From a virus, in the IMG/VR virus record IMGVR_UViG_3300037333_000056, positions 9,660 through 73,659 of that record: a DNA stretch of 64,000 bases; one strand, given 5' to 3'. Under the pieces are notes generated by a model. It was not told the DNA's origin. It worked only from the letters and a program-made list of their open reading frames with translations, and ran no database searches. Both the position numbers and the translations under genes were made by a program. Positions 49,610-59,670 of the stretch are shown one piece after another (the stretch's first letter is position 1; every line of letters starts with the position of its first letter).

Positions 49610-49930
49610 CTAGCTTGCGTATCTCCACTGATAACCTCTATGGGTTTTTATTTTTCCATTACAGCAATTTGATATTTGGTTAGCTAAACTGTTCGTAGAT
49701 TCAGCAGCTTCTTTTATGCTATTAAATACCTTTAATACAGAACCAGAGTCTAACTGTTCTACGCGTCTATTTCTTACTGAGTTACACAATATAGATGTTG
49801 GAATTATTTCTATGTTGTCATTATTTACTGTTATGCTAAGTTTAATATCCCCATATTTTTTTACTGCAGATGTCCATAAAGGAGCAATCACTGAATCAAA
49901 CTTTTCAGTTGTATTTATTACTGATGGCAT
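49610..49930 (-). CDS. NUMOD1-type DNA-binding domain (probable frameshifted C-terminus of 50010..51116)
   Basis: VEQLD.G.VLKVFNSIKEAA.......ISNCCNGKIKTHRGYQWRY. Confidence 0.75.
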   Translation of the reverse strand: MPSVINTTEKFDSVIAPLWTSAVKKYGDIKLSITVNNDNIEIIPTSILCNSVRNRRVEQLDSGSVLKVFNSIKEAAESTNSLANQISNCCNGKIKTHRGYQWRYAS

Positions 49931-50009
49931 ATTCTTTGCTCCACCAAGCTTACTTCTTAAGGCTATTTGAGCTTTTCTAAGATAATCAGGTCTAGTGTTT
50001 TTCTTACGC

Positions 50010-51116
50010 TTAATTGAAACTTTTTTTTACATCAATATCATATTGACTCTTCTGCACTGGTTCTTTATGAACAAGTTTTGAGCTTTTAGGTGTTGTATGT
50101 TTTATGGTTGTTGGAAATATCTTGGATGATGGGTATAACCATTTTTTTCCATCAAGCGTACATTCCACAATATCCATAGCATTTTTAAGTTCGTTGTCGG
50201 TTAAATTAAACCATTCGTAGTGAATGTTTACGCTTTTGAAGGTCGCATGTAAGTATTTCTCAACATCTATTGCGTTGTCAATTTCATAATAAGTTATAAG
50301 AGAGTAGCTGTGAATAGAGCTTGCTCTTAAAGTCTGTAGTCTGGCTTCGATATTGCTAGTAATCCCTATCTTAATGGCACCCTGATGCTCGATAAAATAC
50401 AACTTGTTGCTTGAAATTTTATTTGTACTCATCACTATATGCTTTAATGCATTATACTGACTTTTTGTGAGAATAATGCTTTTTGTTTTTTTGTTTCTAA
50501 TTGTGGGATGAGTTACGTCTAGAATATTTGAAATATCAATTCTGTCGGAAATATCAGTTCGTAAATTATACTTCCTAACTGCAGTCTTTATAACACCAAT
50601 AGATTTGCCTGTAAGCACTGATAGTGCATTTGTATCATATATATTATTCTCGATTCTTCTCTCTGCATTATTTTTTGATATCAAACTAATGGCTTCGCTT
50701 TGAGTTATTGCAACAAATGATGACAAAGAATTACTGCCATCTTTTGACATTATTGTAGCCGATGGGTGTGATATTCGTATATTTGAGTATTGGTCAGATA
50801 TATGATTATAAAATTCTTTGAGGGTAAAAGCTTTTGTGGCAATTGCCTCATATTTTTTTCTTATTACATCATAGAATGGTTCTGAGGAGATAGATGCTTT
50901 ATTTTTGTGTTTATTGCCTACTGAATTTTTATTTAAAGCAAATACTTCGCGTCTGCACTCTCTCGACCCACAAGATTTTGCAGAGTACCCTTTAACTAAT
51001 CTTTTTTCAGTATGTATTTTACAGACTGGACATTCAAACAATCCAAACGTAGCAGACTGTTTTTTGCCAGCATTGCTACGCCACGTTTTTATACCTAAAT
51101 TTTTTATTAATTTCAT
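50010..51116 (-). mobile_element. Free-standing homing-endonuclease-like gene (Zn-finger + T5orf172/GIY-YIG-like)
   Basis: FECPVC...KSCG; LYFIE....IKIGITSNIEARL..L...VEKYLH..F.....EWF; sits between MCP and gp55-like genes. Confidence 0.75.
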
Positions 51117-51170
51117 GTTAATACTTATTTTTTTATTAATAAGATTATAACGTGAACTATATATATTTAA

Positions 51171-51194
51171 CCTGAAACCCTAGTGGATTTCAGG
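51171..51194 (-). terminator. Terminator-like hairpin after major capsid gene
   Basis: CCTGAAATCC-ACTA-GGGTTTCAGG on the minus strand. Confidence 0.65.
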
Positions 51195-51199
51195 AATAA

Positions 51200-52492
51200 T
51201 TACACCATTTTCATAGAACATGCAATTTGACGAATCCATTCTGGACGTAAATAAAGCATACCAAAGTAGTGAGAGATTGACACTGCACCTTTTTTACCAA
51301 ACACATCATTGTACGCATCAGCTTTAGGCATTACAGTTGTAACTCTAGCAACATCTCCTTGGAATCCAACAGATGCAAATGATGTCGAACCTACAAATAA
51401 GATAGGGAATACATCATATCTTTCTTTCCCATCTGCACCGATTGATGTGTATCTATTTGCTACATCTTCATCATCAACGTCATCTGTTGTGTCTGCACCT
51501 TGACCAGAGTAATTTGGCATCTCTGCAACTTCAATAAATCTAAATGCTCCAATTCTACCAATTTCACCTTCAGCTGTATTTGTGCCATCTGCATAGTTTT
51601 CAACAGGGTCCCAGATGTTAACGCCATTATGCTCCATATCTTCAAGAGTAGGAAGTGCCTCTTCTCCAACATATACATATCTTGCTTTCCCAATTGGGGT
51701 TGTTCCATATTTCTTAGAACCGTCATTCAACGCAGTATCTTTAGGACATCTTGCATCCTTAAGAGACTTGTCCATCATTCTTAAGTCACCATAAGTAAGT
51801 GTGTCTCCAGAACCAATCTCATCAATAGCTGTTGCGTCTCCAGAGTACACTCTGTTTTGCTCAGATGCACCAATCAGCCCGTTACGAATCATAGCTTCAC
51901 GTTGGTCTCCTTGGAGAACACCAAGTTCTTTTGCATAGCGAGTCAATAGACCTTTCTCTGTATCCATATCTAGAGATCTCTTTGTAAATGTCATGTGGAT
52001 ACCGTACTCGGCAACCTGTGCTTCAACCATAAGACGTTTCATACCAACACCGTTGACAACTCCACCTTCTTCTGTTAGTGGAGCAAATGCACCATTCTGC
52101 ACAGAAATATCTTTTGATCCACCGAACAAATTACCGTTACCACTTAAGATAGAACCAGTGTCACCAGCTGCTGCTTTTGCCTCGTGCTGTGTATCGTACT
52201 CACCAAGTTGTGCACCAGATGCATCATATGCGTACCACTTTCCTGCAATAAGCTTTGCACCATTTGCATCAATACCTTGATCATTAATGTTTCTCTCATC
52301 AAGAATTGGAATCTCTACATATTTCTTGATTGTGTCTCCATAATGCTTTGGCTGAACCTCAGCACTACCTAGTTGCGAGAATGTTTTAATCTTTCTAGCC
52401 TCTGTTACTGCTACTTTTGACCAGAAATGATCATTAAACTGAATACCAATAGAAGAGCCTGTTGCTCCACCAGTTCCAAAACTTTGTGCCAT
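51200..52492 (-). CDS. Major capsid protein (N4 gp56-like)
   Basis: QFNDHFW..A..EARK...FSQL...PKHYG.TIK..V.IPILDERNINDQGIDANG; NGNLFGGSKD; GEIGRIG.FRFI; LRPEWI. Confidence 0.95.
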   Translation of the reverse strand: MAQSFGTGGATGSSIGIQFNDHFWSKVAVTEARKIKTFSQLGSAEVQPKHYGDTIKKYVEIPILDERNINDQGIDANGAKLIAGKWYAYDASGAQLGEYDTQHEAKAAAGDTGSILSGNGNLFGGSKDISVQNGAFAPLTEEGGVVNGVGMKRLMVEAQVAEYGIHMTFTKRSLDMDTEKGLLTRYAKELGVLQGDQREAMIRNGLIGASEQNRVYSGDATAIDEIGSGDTLTYGDLRMMDKSLKDARCPKDTALNDGSKKYGTTPIGKARYVYVGEEALPTLEDMEHNGVNIWDPVENYADGTNTAEGEIGRIGAFRFIEVAEMPNYSGQGADTTDDVDDEDVANRYTSIGADGKERYDVFPILFVGSTSFASVGFQGDVARVTTVMPKADAYNDVFGKKGAVSISHYFGMLYLRPEWIRQIACSMKMV

Positions 52493-52522
52493 ATTTTATT
52501 CCTTAAATATTATACTTGTATA

Positions 52523-53848
52523 CTAACTATACATGAGCGAGTTATAGAACTCTTCAAACTTTTCATCATCCAACTTCATTGGATCGAATTTAGTACTCTT
52601 TTTTCTAGTAGTAGTCTTTTTCTTACTTACTGATGCCGCTTTCTTGCGTGCATGTTCTGCTGCCTCATTTTTTTCTTTAACCTTAAAAGAATACTCTCTT
52701 TCGGCTTTAATCTTAGCAATTTCTGCTTGCACTGCAGCTTCATCAAAACTTTGTCTTGTGTTTACTGCATTCTGGCTTCTATTAATCTCAGCAGCTCTTT
52801 GAGCCTGAACAACCTCATTCTCTAATTCGATTACAGCTTCCTTGTACTGATCTATTGACTTTTTGTTTGAAAAAGTACCAAGAACATCTGTCATCTTCTT
52901 TTGTGCTATTCTTTCCTGAACCATATCATATACGCCATTACTCATGTGAGACACAAGATCTGATGTGCTATGAGGGTCCTCTAACAACTCCAAAACGCTT
53001 TCGTTGTCCCAGTCCTTGCTTATTACAGAGTTAACTCTATCTTGAACACCAAATTGTGATGCATTATCCATAAGATCTTCAACTGCAATATTTAGTGGTG
53101 AAGCTACTACATTTGTTGGTTTATAGTTAACTTCTTCCATATCTAGTTCAAGTGGGTCAATATCTGACTGCTTAAGAAATGCTTTTACTGCCTCTTTATC
53201 CCCACTCATAGCATTCATCATTAGGTTAAATTTATCTGGATTATCTAGAATGCCATGTTCTTTTAGTGGGTTTATAAACGGTCTATACTCCTTAAACGCC
53301 CTCATCTTCTCACTATACCCAGCTGCCATTTGTTGTGCTTGGATTATCTTGTCTGGATCCTTAAATCCTTTCATTGTTTTACCATTTGCAACAAACTCCG
53401 ACGTAGCCTTATCATAGAACGCTTTGTATTCTTTCATTCTATTTAGCTCTTCAATTGTTCTTTCGTATTCTGCCTTGTAATTAACTTCGTCTTGACTTGT
53501 ATTGTCAGCGGACTTATCCTCTACTTCATCATTGCTAGAACCATCATCTTGAGTGTTTTCTCCATCTTCAGAGTCATCATCATCGTAAATATCATCTTCT
53601 GTATCATCAGTATCGTCGTCACCATACTCATTCGTTTCAGAATCAGATTCTTCATTTAGATCATAATCGTCGTGGTCAGTGTCCTCAATATTCTTGTCAT
53701 CTACACTCTCTTCTGAAGAGTAATCATTTTCAATTGAGCTATCTTCTTTTAAGCTATCGTCATCATATTTTCCGCTCTGTACATCATCCACAAGAGATTC
53801 AAAATCCTCATCGCTCATACCGTCAAAATCTATTGTTGAATCACTCAT
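52523..53848 (-). CDS. N4 gp57-like protein (acidic N-terminus)
   Basis: F.ANGK......PD.II...QM.A.Y..KM...K; directly upstream of MCP. Confidence 0.8.
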   Translation of the reverse strand: MSDSTIDFDGMSDEDFESLVDDVQSGKYDDDSLKEDSSIENDYSSEESVDDKNIEDTDHDDYDLNEESDSETNEYGDDDTDDTEDDIYDDDDSEDGENTQDDGSSNDEVEDKSADNTSQDEVNYKAEYERTIEELNRMKEYKAFYDKATSEFVANGKTMKGFKDPDKIIQAQQMAAGYSEKMRAFKEYRPFINPLKEHGILDNPDKFNLMMNAMSGDKEAVKAFLKQSDIDPLELDMEEVNYKPTNVVASPLNIAVEDLMDNASQFGVQDRVNSVISKDWDNESVLELLEDPHSTSDLVSHMSNGVYDMVQERIAQKKMTDVLGTFSNKKSIDQYKEAVIELENEVVQAQRAAEINRSQNAVNTRQSFDEAAVQAEIAKIKAEREYSFKVKEKNEAAEHARKKAASVSKKKTTTRKKSTKFDPMKLDDEKFEEFYNSLMYS

Positions 53849-54231
53849 TCTTCTTCTCCAGTATTAGACAATAGGCTATCTCTTTCATTTTCTAATGCAC
53901 CAAGATTTTCAGCAGCAAGAAACACATCATTCTGTATTTTACCCATAAATGTTTTAAAGTGTCTAATGGCTGCCATCTTCTCAACACAAGAGTCTAGCTG
54001 ATCTCTCTTAAGAAAATTTGGTGATAGTAGCGTGTTTGACAATCTTTTGCCTTCGTCCTCAAAATATGCTTGTTCAACTACAGCTTTATACGAATCGTTT
54101 TCAACAAGACTTTTTAGATTATCAAATAGCTTTACAAGCCCCTTTGTATGCTCTATCTCTTTGTCTATCTCTTTAATTCGCTCATCAATGTACTGTGTAT
54201 CTAGTGTAGAATTATCTTCCAGTGCTTGCAT
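53845..54231 (-). CDS. N4 gp58-like protein
   Basis: L..L.EN..YK.V....YFEDE..RL; start after AAAGGG RBS. Confidence 0.7.
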   Translation of the reverse strand: MQALEDNSTLDTQYIDERIKEIDKEIEHTKGLVKLFDNLKSLVENDSYKAVVEQAYFEDEGKRLSNTLLSPNFLKRDQLDSCVEKMAAIRHFKTFMGKIQNDVFLAAENLGALENERDSLLSNTGEEE

Positions 54232-54348
54232 ATGTATACCCTTTTTTATTTTGTTATCGTAAGAAAAGTGGTGCAATAATGCAGAGCACTTGTTCTTATG
54301 ACAAAAATTATATCATAATTTATTGTTATATAAATAAAAAGTTGTAAA

Positions 54349-54630
54349 TTATTGCAGTGATGATACAATATTTGCAGCAATCTTAGTTATGTTGTTTGGG
54401 TCCTTCACATACTTGCTTTTAGTTTTTTTACCAGCATCAACAAGTCTGTTTCTCTTTATGTTAGAAACACTCGCCTTTACTCCTTCAGGAAGTGACTTAA
54501 ATATTTCGGCAATATATCTTGGGTCTTCACCATTTGCTTGCATCTCATCTAATTTATTTACAGTATCATTTGCTATTACTTCATTTAAATTATATGTAGA
54601 TGAAAGTCCAAGACCACTATTATCAATCAT
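54349..54630 (-). CDS. Hypothetical protein
   Basis: AAAGGA RBS, 93 aa. Confidence 0.65.
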   Translation of the reverse strand: MIDNSGLGLSSTYNLNEVIANDTVNKLDEMQANGEDPRYIAEIFKSLPEGVKASVSNIKRNRLVDAGKKTKSKYVKDPNNITKIAANIVSSLQ

Positions 54631-54646
54631 TATGTATCCTTTGCTA

Positions 54647-56929
54647 CTATATATTGGTATCGTTGTTATTTTTAATACTCATCTGATAAGAACCAACAAG
54701 TGCTCTAAGCTCTTCAAGTTCTCTTGCATGGTCAAGCTTCATCTTTTCCATTTCCTGTTCATGCTTCATTTTAGCTATCATCTCATCAATCTTGTCTTCC
54801 CTTTCATTTCCGTCAAATTTATTCAAGAACGAAAGATTTGCATTGTCAGTCTCTGCTGCAATCTTGTCTGCCTGTGCATTCTTTAACCTTGCAGTAGCCT
54901 TGTTTTCCTCAGTCTCACTGTTTAGATTTTGAGCAGTTCTTGATGCTCTTTCCTCTATTTTGCTATCTTCTGATTCTATAAGTTTTGCAGATTTTGCTAT
55001 CTCCATCTTTAATTTTGCATTCTCAAGCTGTGCATTTTCTAATTGTAGCTGCTGAATCTGTTGTTGCATTTGATCTGGTTCTGGCTGAAACTCCTCAACT
55101 TCTTTTGCTAGATCAGGCTCTTTCCATAGCTTAGCGATTCTTGCATATATTATTTTAGACAATCCAGGATCCATACTCGCAGCATTTGTTTGCATTAGTG
55201 TATTTAATTTTTCTGCCTTCTCATTATCTTTCTCTGGTGTAGATACATCAACGATTAGGTCAAACTCTCCAGCAAGCTCTTCACGCTTTATCGTAACAAA
55301 TTCTTCATTTGTTATTCTAATAACTTCTTCTTCTTCTAGAAAAGTCTGGTTCATTATTATTGATTTTCGTGCTATATCTTTAAATATTTGCTCAGATAAT
55401 CTACGAAGAATACTTAGTTCTCTTTTTGCGGTTGCATCAAGTGCTGACCTTATTCCTGTTGCTACAGAACCAAGTGATTGACTACCTATACCTTGTGAAA
55501 AAGATTTTGTTCCTGACATTGACTCTGCATCATTTTGATGGTAATTTATCATATCAAATACAGCTCTAGGAACAGGGTCCACTGATGATTTGTAAATAGC
55601 AGTACTAGGATTCATTCCGTGCCTAAAGAATGTAGTCTTTCCAGTCTTGTAGTTCTGTATCTGCAATGGAGATAAGAACTGCTCATCAATGAACTCCTGA
55701 CCTACTGCCTGAGTAGATGTAATATCGTGTGCAGCACGCATCATGTTACCTATCGCATCTTGATTCTCACTTAGAAGTTCTCCATCCGGTTCTCCATATA
55801 TCTCATCTTTTCTAGGCATATACTTTGCAAGAGAAAATGGAAGTTCATTAAAAGGAAAAGGATTTTCCTCCATCCTTATTAGAGTTTTCCCTATCCATGT
55901 TGCAATTATTGGCTTTGTTTCTCCTGTTCCATCTATATCCCAGTATCCCCAATATTCATATGCTCTTAGTTTTTTTCTAGGGTCGTCGCTAAATTTAAAG
56001 TCTGTTTTGCCGTTTTCTCCATCAACCCTAGTATCATGATCATATTCACGTATAGAATCGTTTGCCTCATTCTTGACATTTATTGTGTCAAGGTTCATAT
56101 AGATACCTGACGACGACACAACATTGCCATCAGCGTCTACCTCTTCTGAATACTCTTGAAGCTTAAGAGTTGACATATCAGTATCATACTCGTGTATAAC
56201 GAACTGTGCAGAACCAATACTTCCGTTACATGTAGGGTCAATTATTACATCTCTTAGATTACACACTTCATATGTTGGATTATTTCTTGTAACTATTGTT
56301 TTTTGATACTCTTCAATCTTTGTACCTATTTGTACAGGCTCGCCAGCGTTTAGCTTTGCCATCATCTCTTCATTTGTCATTTTGCCTTGAGCAACCATAG
56401 TCTGAAGAGTTAAAAGTGATTGCTCTGGAGTAGCATACACTGGAACTTCTCTTTCCATTGTAACTTCAGACTCCTCAACTTCCCATCCAGTCTTTACAAT
56501 AACTGTACCTTCATCGACTATACCTCTAACTATATCACCTACAAGTGCAGTTTTATCTATTTTTGTTGACCATTGGTAGTTGAGAACAAGTTCATTCTGC
56601 TCAGATGCCTTTCTGTCTTCATATGTTCTTGGCTTTATTCTAAACATATTTTCTGTATTTAGAAACGGCTCTTCTAATGCTGGATACTTCCACTCTGCTT
56701 GCTTTCTTATTAGTTTTGGTCTTATTGAGCTTCTGCCTTTTGCGACCTTCTTCTCTGGTCCTCCATCCATATATACAGAGTACCTATCGAGATTTGCTAG
56801 CATTATTCCGTGGTCTGACTGTGCCTCCTGATAATCCTTATATAAATCTTCAAACTTTGGCTCATTCTTCCAGTCAGTTATCTTTACATATGCTTCTACG
56901 TCTTCTTCCATAAAACTATTCCTTGTCAT
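54647..56929 (-). CDS. Portal protein (N4 gp59-like)
   Basis: TDWKNEP, GRSSIRPKLIRKQAEWKYPALEEPFL, AYEYWGYWDIDG, IRMEENPFP, LDATAKRELSILRRL. Confidence 0.95.
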   Translation of the reverse strand: MTRNSFMEEDVEAYVKITDWKNEPKFEDLYKDYQEAQSDHGIMLANLDRYSVYMDGGPEKKVAKGRSSIRPKLIRKQAEWKYPALEEPFLNTENMFRIKPRTYEDRKASEQNELVLNYQWSTKIDKTALVGDIVRGIVDEGTVIVKTGWEVEESEVTMEREVPVYATPEQSLLTLQTMVAQGKMTNEEMMAKLNAGEPVQIGTKIEEYQKTIVTRNNPTYEVCNLRDVIIDPTCNGSIGSAQFVIHEYDTDMSTLKLQEYSEEVDADGNVVSSSGIYMNLDTINVKNEANDSIREYDHDTRVDGENGKTDFKFSDDPRKKLRAYEYWGYWDIDGTGETKPIIATWIGKTLIRMEENPFPFNELPFSLAKYMPRKDEIYGEPDGELLSENQDAIGNMMRAAHDITSTQAVGQEFIDEQFLSPLQIQNYKTGKTTFFRHGMNPSTAIYKSSVDPVPRAVFDMINYHQNDAESMSGTKSFSQGIGSQSLGSVATGIRSALDATAKRELSILRRLSEQIFKDIARKSIIMNQTFLEEEEVIRITNEEFVTIKREELAGEFDLIVDVSTPEKDNEKAEKLNTLMQTNAASMDPGLSKIIYARIAKLWKEPDLAKEVEEFQPEPDQMQQQIQQLQLENAQLENAKLKMEIAKSAKLIESEDSKIEERASRTAQNLNSETEENKATARLKNAQADKIAAETDNANLSFLNKFDGNEREDKIDEMIAKMKHEQEMEKMKLDHARELEELRALVGSYQMSIKNNNDTNI

Positions 56930-56951
56930 GTGTTTTCATAATTATACAATA

Positions 56952-57344
56952 TTATATTTTATCTATGATTGTGTCACTACTTGTTGTGAACACAGAATAG
57001 TCTTTTTTGTCTGCATCTATTTCCCATATGTATGAATTCATGCAGTGATTTTTTCCAAAGATAAAATCTATAACACTTGAGAACATGCAAGAATTACTAG
57101 AACCCGTTTTGCACAGAAAATATGTATAGCTACTAATTGTATAATTTTCTTTTTCATATATTGCTGCACCACCAGCCTGGTCAAGGCCGATAGCACACAC
57201 ATTTAGATACTTTGATATTTTAGAGTAGATATCATTATCTGATTTATTATATATCTTATACAAAATAGTTACAACAACAACAATAGGAAACAGTACAACT
57301 ACAAGAATATACGCTACAAGAAGTAGCATTAATTGCTTAAGCAT
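56952..57344 (-). CDS. Membrane-anchored hypothetical protein
   Basis: N-terminal TM segment; AIGLDQ.G......TISS...IDFIFGKNHC. Confidence 0.65.
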   Translation of the reverse strand: MLKQLMLLLVAYILVVVLFPIVVVVTILYKIYNKSDNDIYSKISKYLNVCAIGLDQAGGAAIYEKENYTISSYTYFLCKTGSSNSCMFSSVIDFIFGKNHCMNSYIWEIDADKKDYSVFTTSSDTIIDKI

Positions 57345-58577
57345 CTATATTGCTTCTTTTTCTGTATACAATAGTTGTAGTACCGGAGGCTCTATTCCTG
57401 CAGGAGAATTAGTTCTCCCATCTTCGTTAAATTCAGCACTAACAGATACGACATTTATGTTTTCTGGAATATCATACTTTGGGTGAATATAGTCATCTCT
57501 AAACACCTCTACAATATATCTGTTTGATAGGTCAGATACAAATATTCTTCCATTTATTACTGCTATTCCATATGGAGAATTTAATGCGTTCGCTTCGTGA
57601 ACAGCACCAGAGTAGGCTTCATAATTGTAGTGACCAACAGCAAACTCAATATCTCCAGTTATCATATTAAACGCTATAACTTTAACCATAGCAGGTGATA
57701 CAATATACATAATGTCTCCATCAATACAGAATGAATTAAGATCAAGCTCTCCAACATCAACATCTTGAGGCTTTCTTATTGTATTTATATGAGATAGCTC
57801 TTGAGATTCACTATCGTATTCCATTATATCAACCCTTGTAGAACTTCCAATGTATACAGTGTTTCCTACGTGCGTTATGTCTCTTGGGTTATATATCTCT
57901 CCAATAGATGCATCTCCTGTTGTCTTGTACTCAAGCAGTGTCTTTATATAATTACCATCCGTATCAAATAGCTCTACTGTTCCTCTATATATGTCTGTTT
58001 CGTCTGCACCGTCATAAACTGCAAGTATTATGTTTCCATCATCTAAAACGTCAATCTTTCTGACATCGCCTAGCTTCCCGTCCTTACACTTTCCTCTAGA
58101 GTTATATGTTCCAAATACCCATTCAACAGAACCGTCATCTTTATTAAACGATGCTATCTGCTTATAGTACCCTCCTGATAAATAACTATTTTCTGTTGCC
58201 GCAGCACAGAATGGGTACAACATCCCTCCATCTACATTTGTTTTTATTTGACGCATAAGCACCATATTTGAGTCATACACATTTATTCTTTGCCCGTCTC
58301 TATCTCCAGTAATGATAGTGTCTTCATCTACAAACATTGCATGTGACTTGTTTGTTATGCTTGAATCTGCATAGTACCCACACATAAAACCATTCTCTAT
58401 TATTCCGTAGTCATATGGTTCAAGTTCCACAAACTTAAGTTGTGATGCGATCATTCTATCAATACACATAGGCAGTACTGCACTATACGTTTTTGGTTCT
58501 GTGTTTATTGCTGCATCAACTACCTTGTAGTCTCCACTCTTAATTAGGTGTAAAAAGTCATTTATCATTGTACTCAT
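57345..58577 (-). CDS. NHL-repeat beta-propeller protein
   Basis: LNSPYGIAVINGRIFVSDLSN, YNPRDIT, LYPF repeats. Confidence 0.7.
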   Translation of the reverse strand: MSTMINDFLHLIKSGDYKVVDAAINTEPKTYSAVLPMCIDRMIASQLKFVELEPYDYGIIENGFMCGYYADSSITNKSHAMFVDEDTIITGDRDGQRINVYDSNMVLMRQIKTNVDGGMLYPFCAAATENSYLSGGYYKQIASFNKDDGSVEWVFGTYNSRGKCKDGKLGDVRKIDVLDDGNIILAVYDGADETDIYRGTVELFDTDGNYIKTLLEYKTTGDASIGEIYNPRDITHVGNTVYIGSSTRVDIMEYDSESQELSHINTIRKPQDVDVGELDLNSFCIDGDIMYIVSPAMVKVIAFNMITGDIEFAVGHYNYEAYSGAVHEANALNSPYGIAVINGRIFVSDLSNRYIVEVFRDDYIHPKYDIPENINVVSVSAEFNEDGRTNSPAGIEPPVLQLLYTEKEAI

Positions 58578-58581
58578 ATTA

Positions 58582-58962
58582 TTATCCTTGTTGTTTTATT
58601 TTGTTTTTTGCATACGTTCTAAGTTCAGAGATAGCGATCTCTGCCTCATCAAACTTCCCATAAGATATAAGATCCTCTATTACATTTCTCTTGTCGTTAA
58701 TGGCTCTATTCATTAGGGCTACATTCTTCTTTGAGATATGGTTCTTCTCTTTGATTGCATCTTTATTCTTCTTGCTCATTTTACCAAACACATTATGATT
58801 TACATTATCAAGCATAAGCTCATACGACTCATACTGCAATGCAAGTGTTTGAGAAGAAAGATAGTGCTTGCCTATGCCTTTTCTTTTTACATTGATTAGT
58901 GCATCATACAGTTTCAGATTGTCAAGCTTTCTATCAGGTGTTCCATATGCTATTTTTTTCAT
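58582..58962 (-). CDS. Hypothetical protein
   Basis: 126-aa ORF in operon. Confidence 0.65.
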   Translation of the reverse strand: MKKIAYGTPDRKLDNLKLYDALINVKRKGIGKHYLSSQTLALQYESYELMLDNVNHNVFGKMSKKNKDAIKEKNHISKKNVALMNRAINDKRNVIEDLISYGKFDEAEIAISELRTYAKNKIKQQG

Positions 58963-58965
58963 ATC

Positions 58966-59376
58966 TTATTGTAATTTATTTTTTAGTAATTGTTTGAACT
59001 CGTATGAGCCAAATATCCCATACTCATCACCTACCAACTCAGATATCTCGAATGACTCATTCGTTATGTCATTTAAATCTGCATCTCCGAGTATTTTCCT
59101 GGTTGCTTCCTCATCTGAAGTGTCATTGACAATCTTTTTGTCGAACGACCATCTTATAAACATAAGAGAACCTGTGTCAGTGAATGGTAAAGGTGTAAGT
59201 AATCGTCCTAGCTCACGGCTCAACTCATTGATTGAATAGTATCCTACAATTTCCCCATCTTCGTCATATTTAGCCATCTTTGGCAACTCTACAGGAACAT
59301 CTCCCATAGCCTTAGGGTAAACGATATATTCGCCACCACTTTTAAGCCTTTCGGCTAAATCTCTTATTGTACTCAT
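58966..59376 (-). CDS. Hypothetical protein
   Basis: 136-aa ORF, GGAG RBS. Confidence 0.7.
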   Translation of the reverse strand: MSTIRDLAERLKSGGEYIVYPKAMGDVPVELPKMAKYDEDGEIVGYYSINELSRELGRLLTPLPFTDTGSLMFIRWSFDKKIVNDTSDEEATRKILGDADLNDITNESFEISELVGDEYGIFGSYEFKQLLKNKLQ

Positions 59377-59379
59377 TTA

Positions 59380-59670
59380 CTACTCCGTTTCAACGACTTC
59401 TGTACTGTCGTCTGAATATGTTATTGTTACTTTTGAAGTGTTACCATCAATTTTTTTAATGTCTTTTACAACAAGGAAATCTTTCGGTGTATCAAGTGGG
59501 AGTGTTATGTATCTCCCATCTACACCACAAACAAGTTTATCGCTACAACTTGTGATTACCCCATTATTGTCAGCATTAAACTTAATTTTTGAAGCACCAA
59601 TGCTTGAATTATTCAAATCATCCCTACAACTATCTGTATAGTTGTTTATTATAATAAAGTTATATTCCAC
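59380..59670 (-). CDS. Hypothetical protein (GTG start)
   Basis: GGAGG RBS before a GTG overlapping the LRR gene stop. Confidence 0.6.
   Translation of the reverse strand: MEYNFIIINNYTDSCRDDLNNSSIGASKIKFNADNNGVITSCSDKLVCGVDGRYITLPLDTPKDFLVVKDIKKIDGNTSKVTITYSDDSTEVVETE

Noticed and set aside
50015-50030. Programmed -1 frameshift at A AAA AAG
   Set aside because: The -1 frame hits a stop within about 20 codons; only +1 (loss of one A) joins the NUMOD1 ORF
56952-57344. MLKQL start as a member of the MxKQ family
   Set aside because: It leads into a transmembrane helix in a longer late gene with a different motif; likely coincidence
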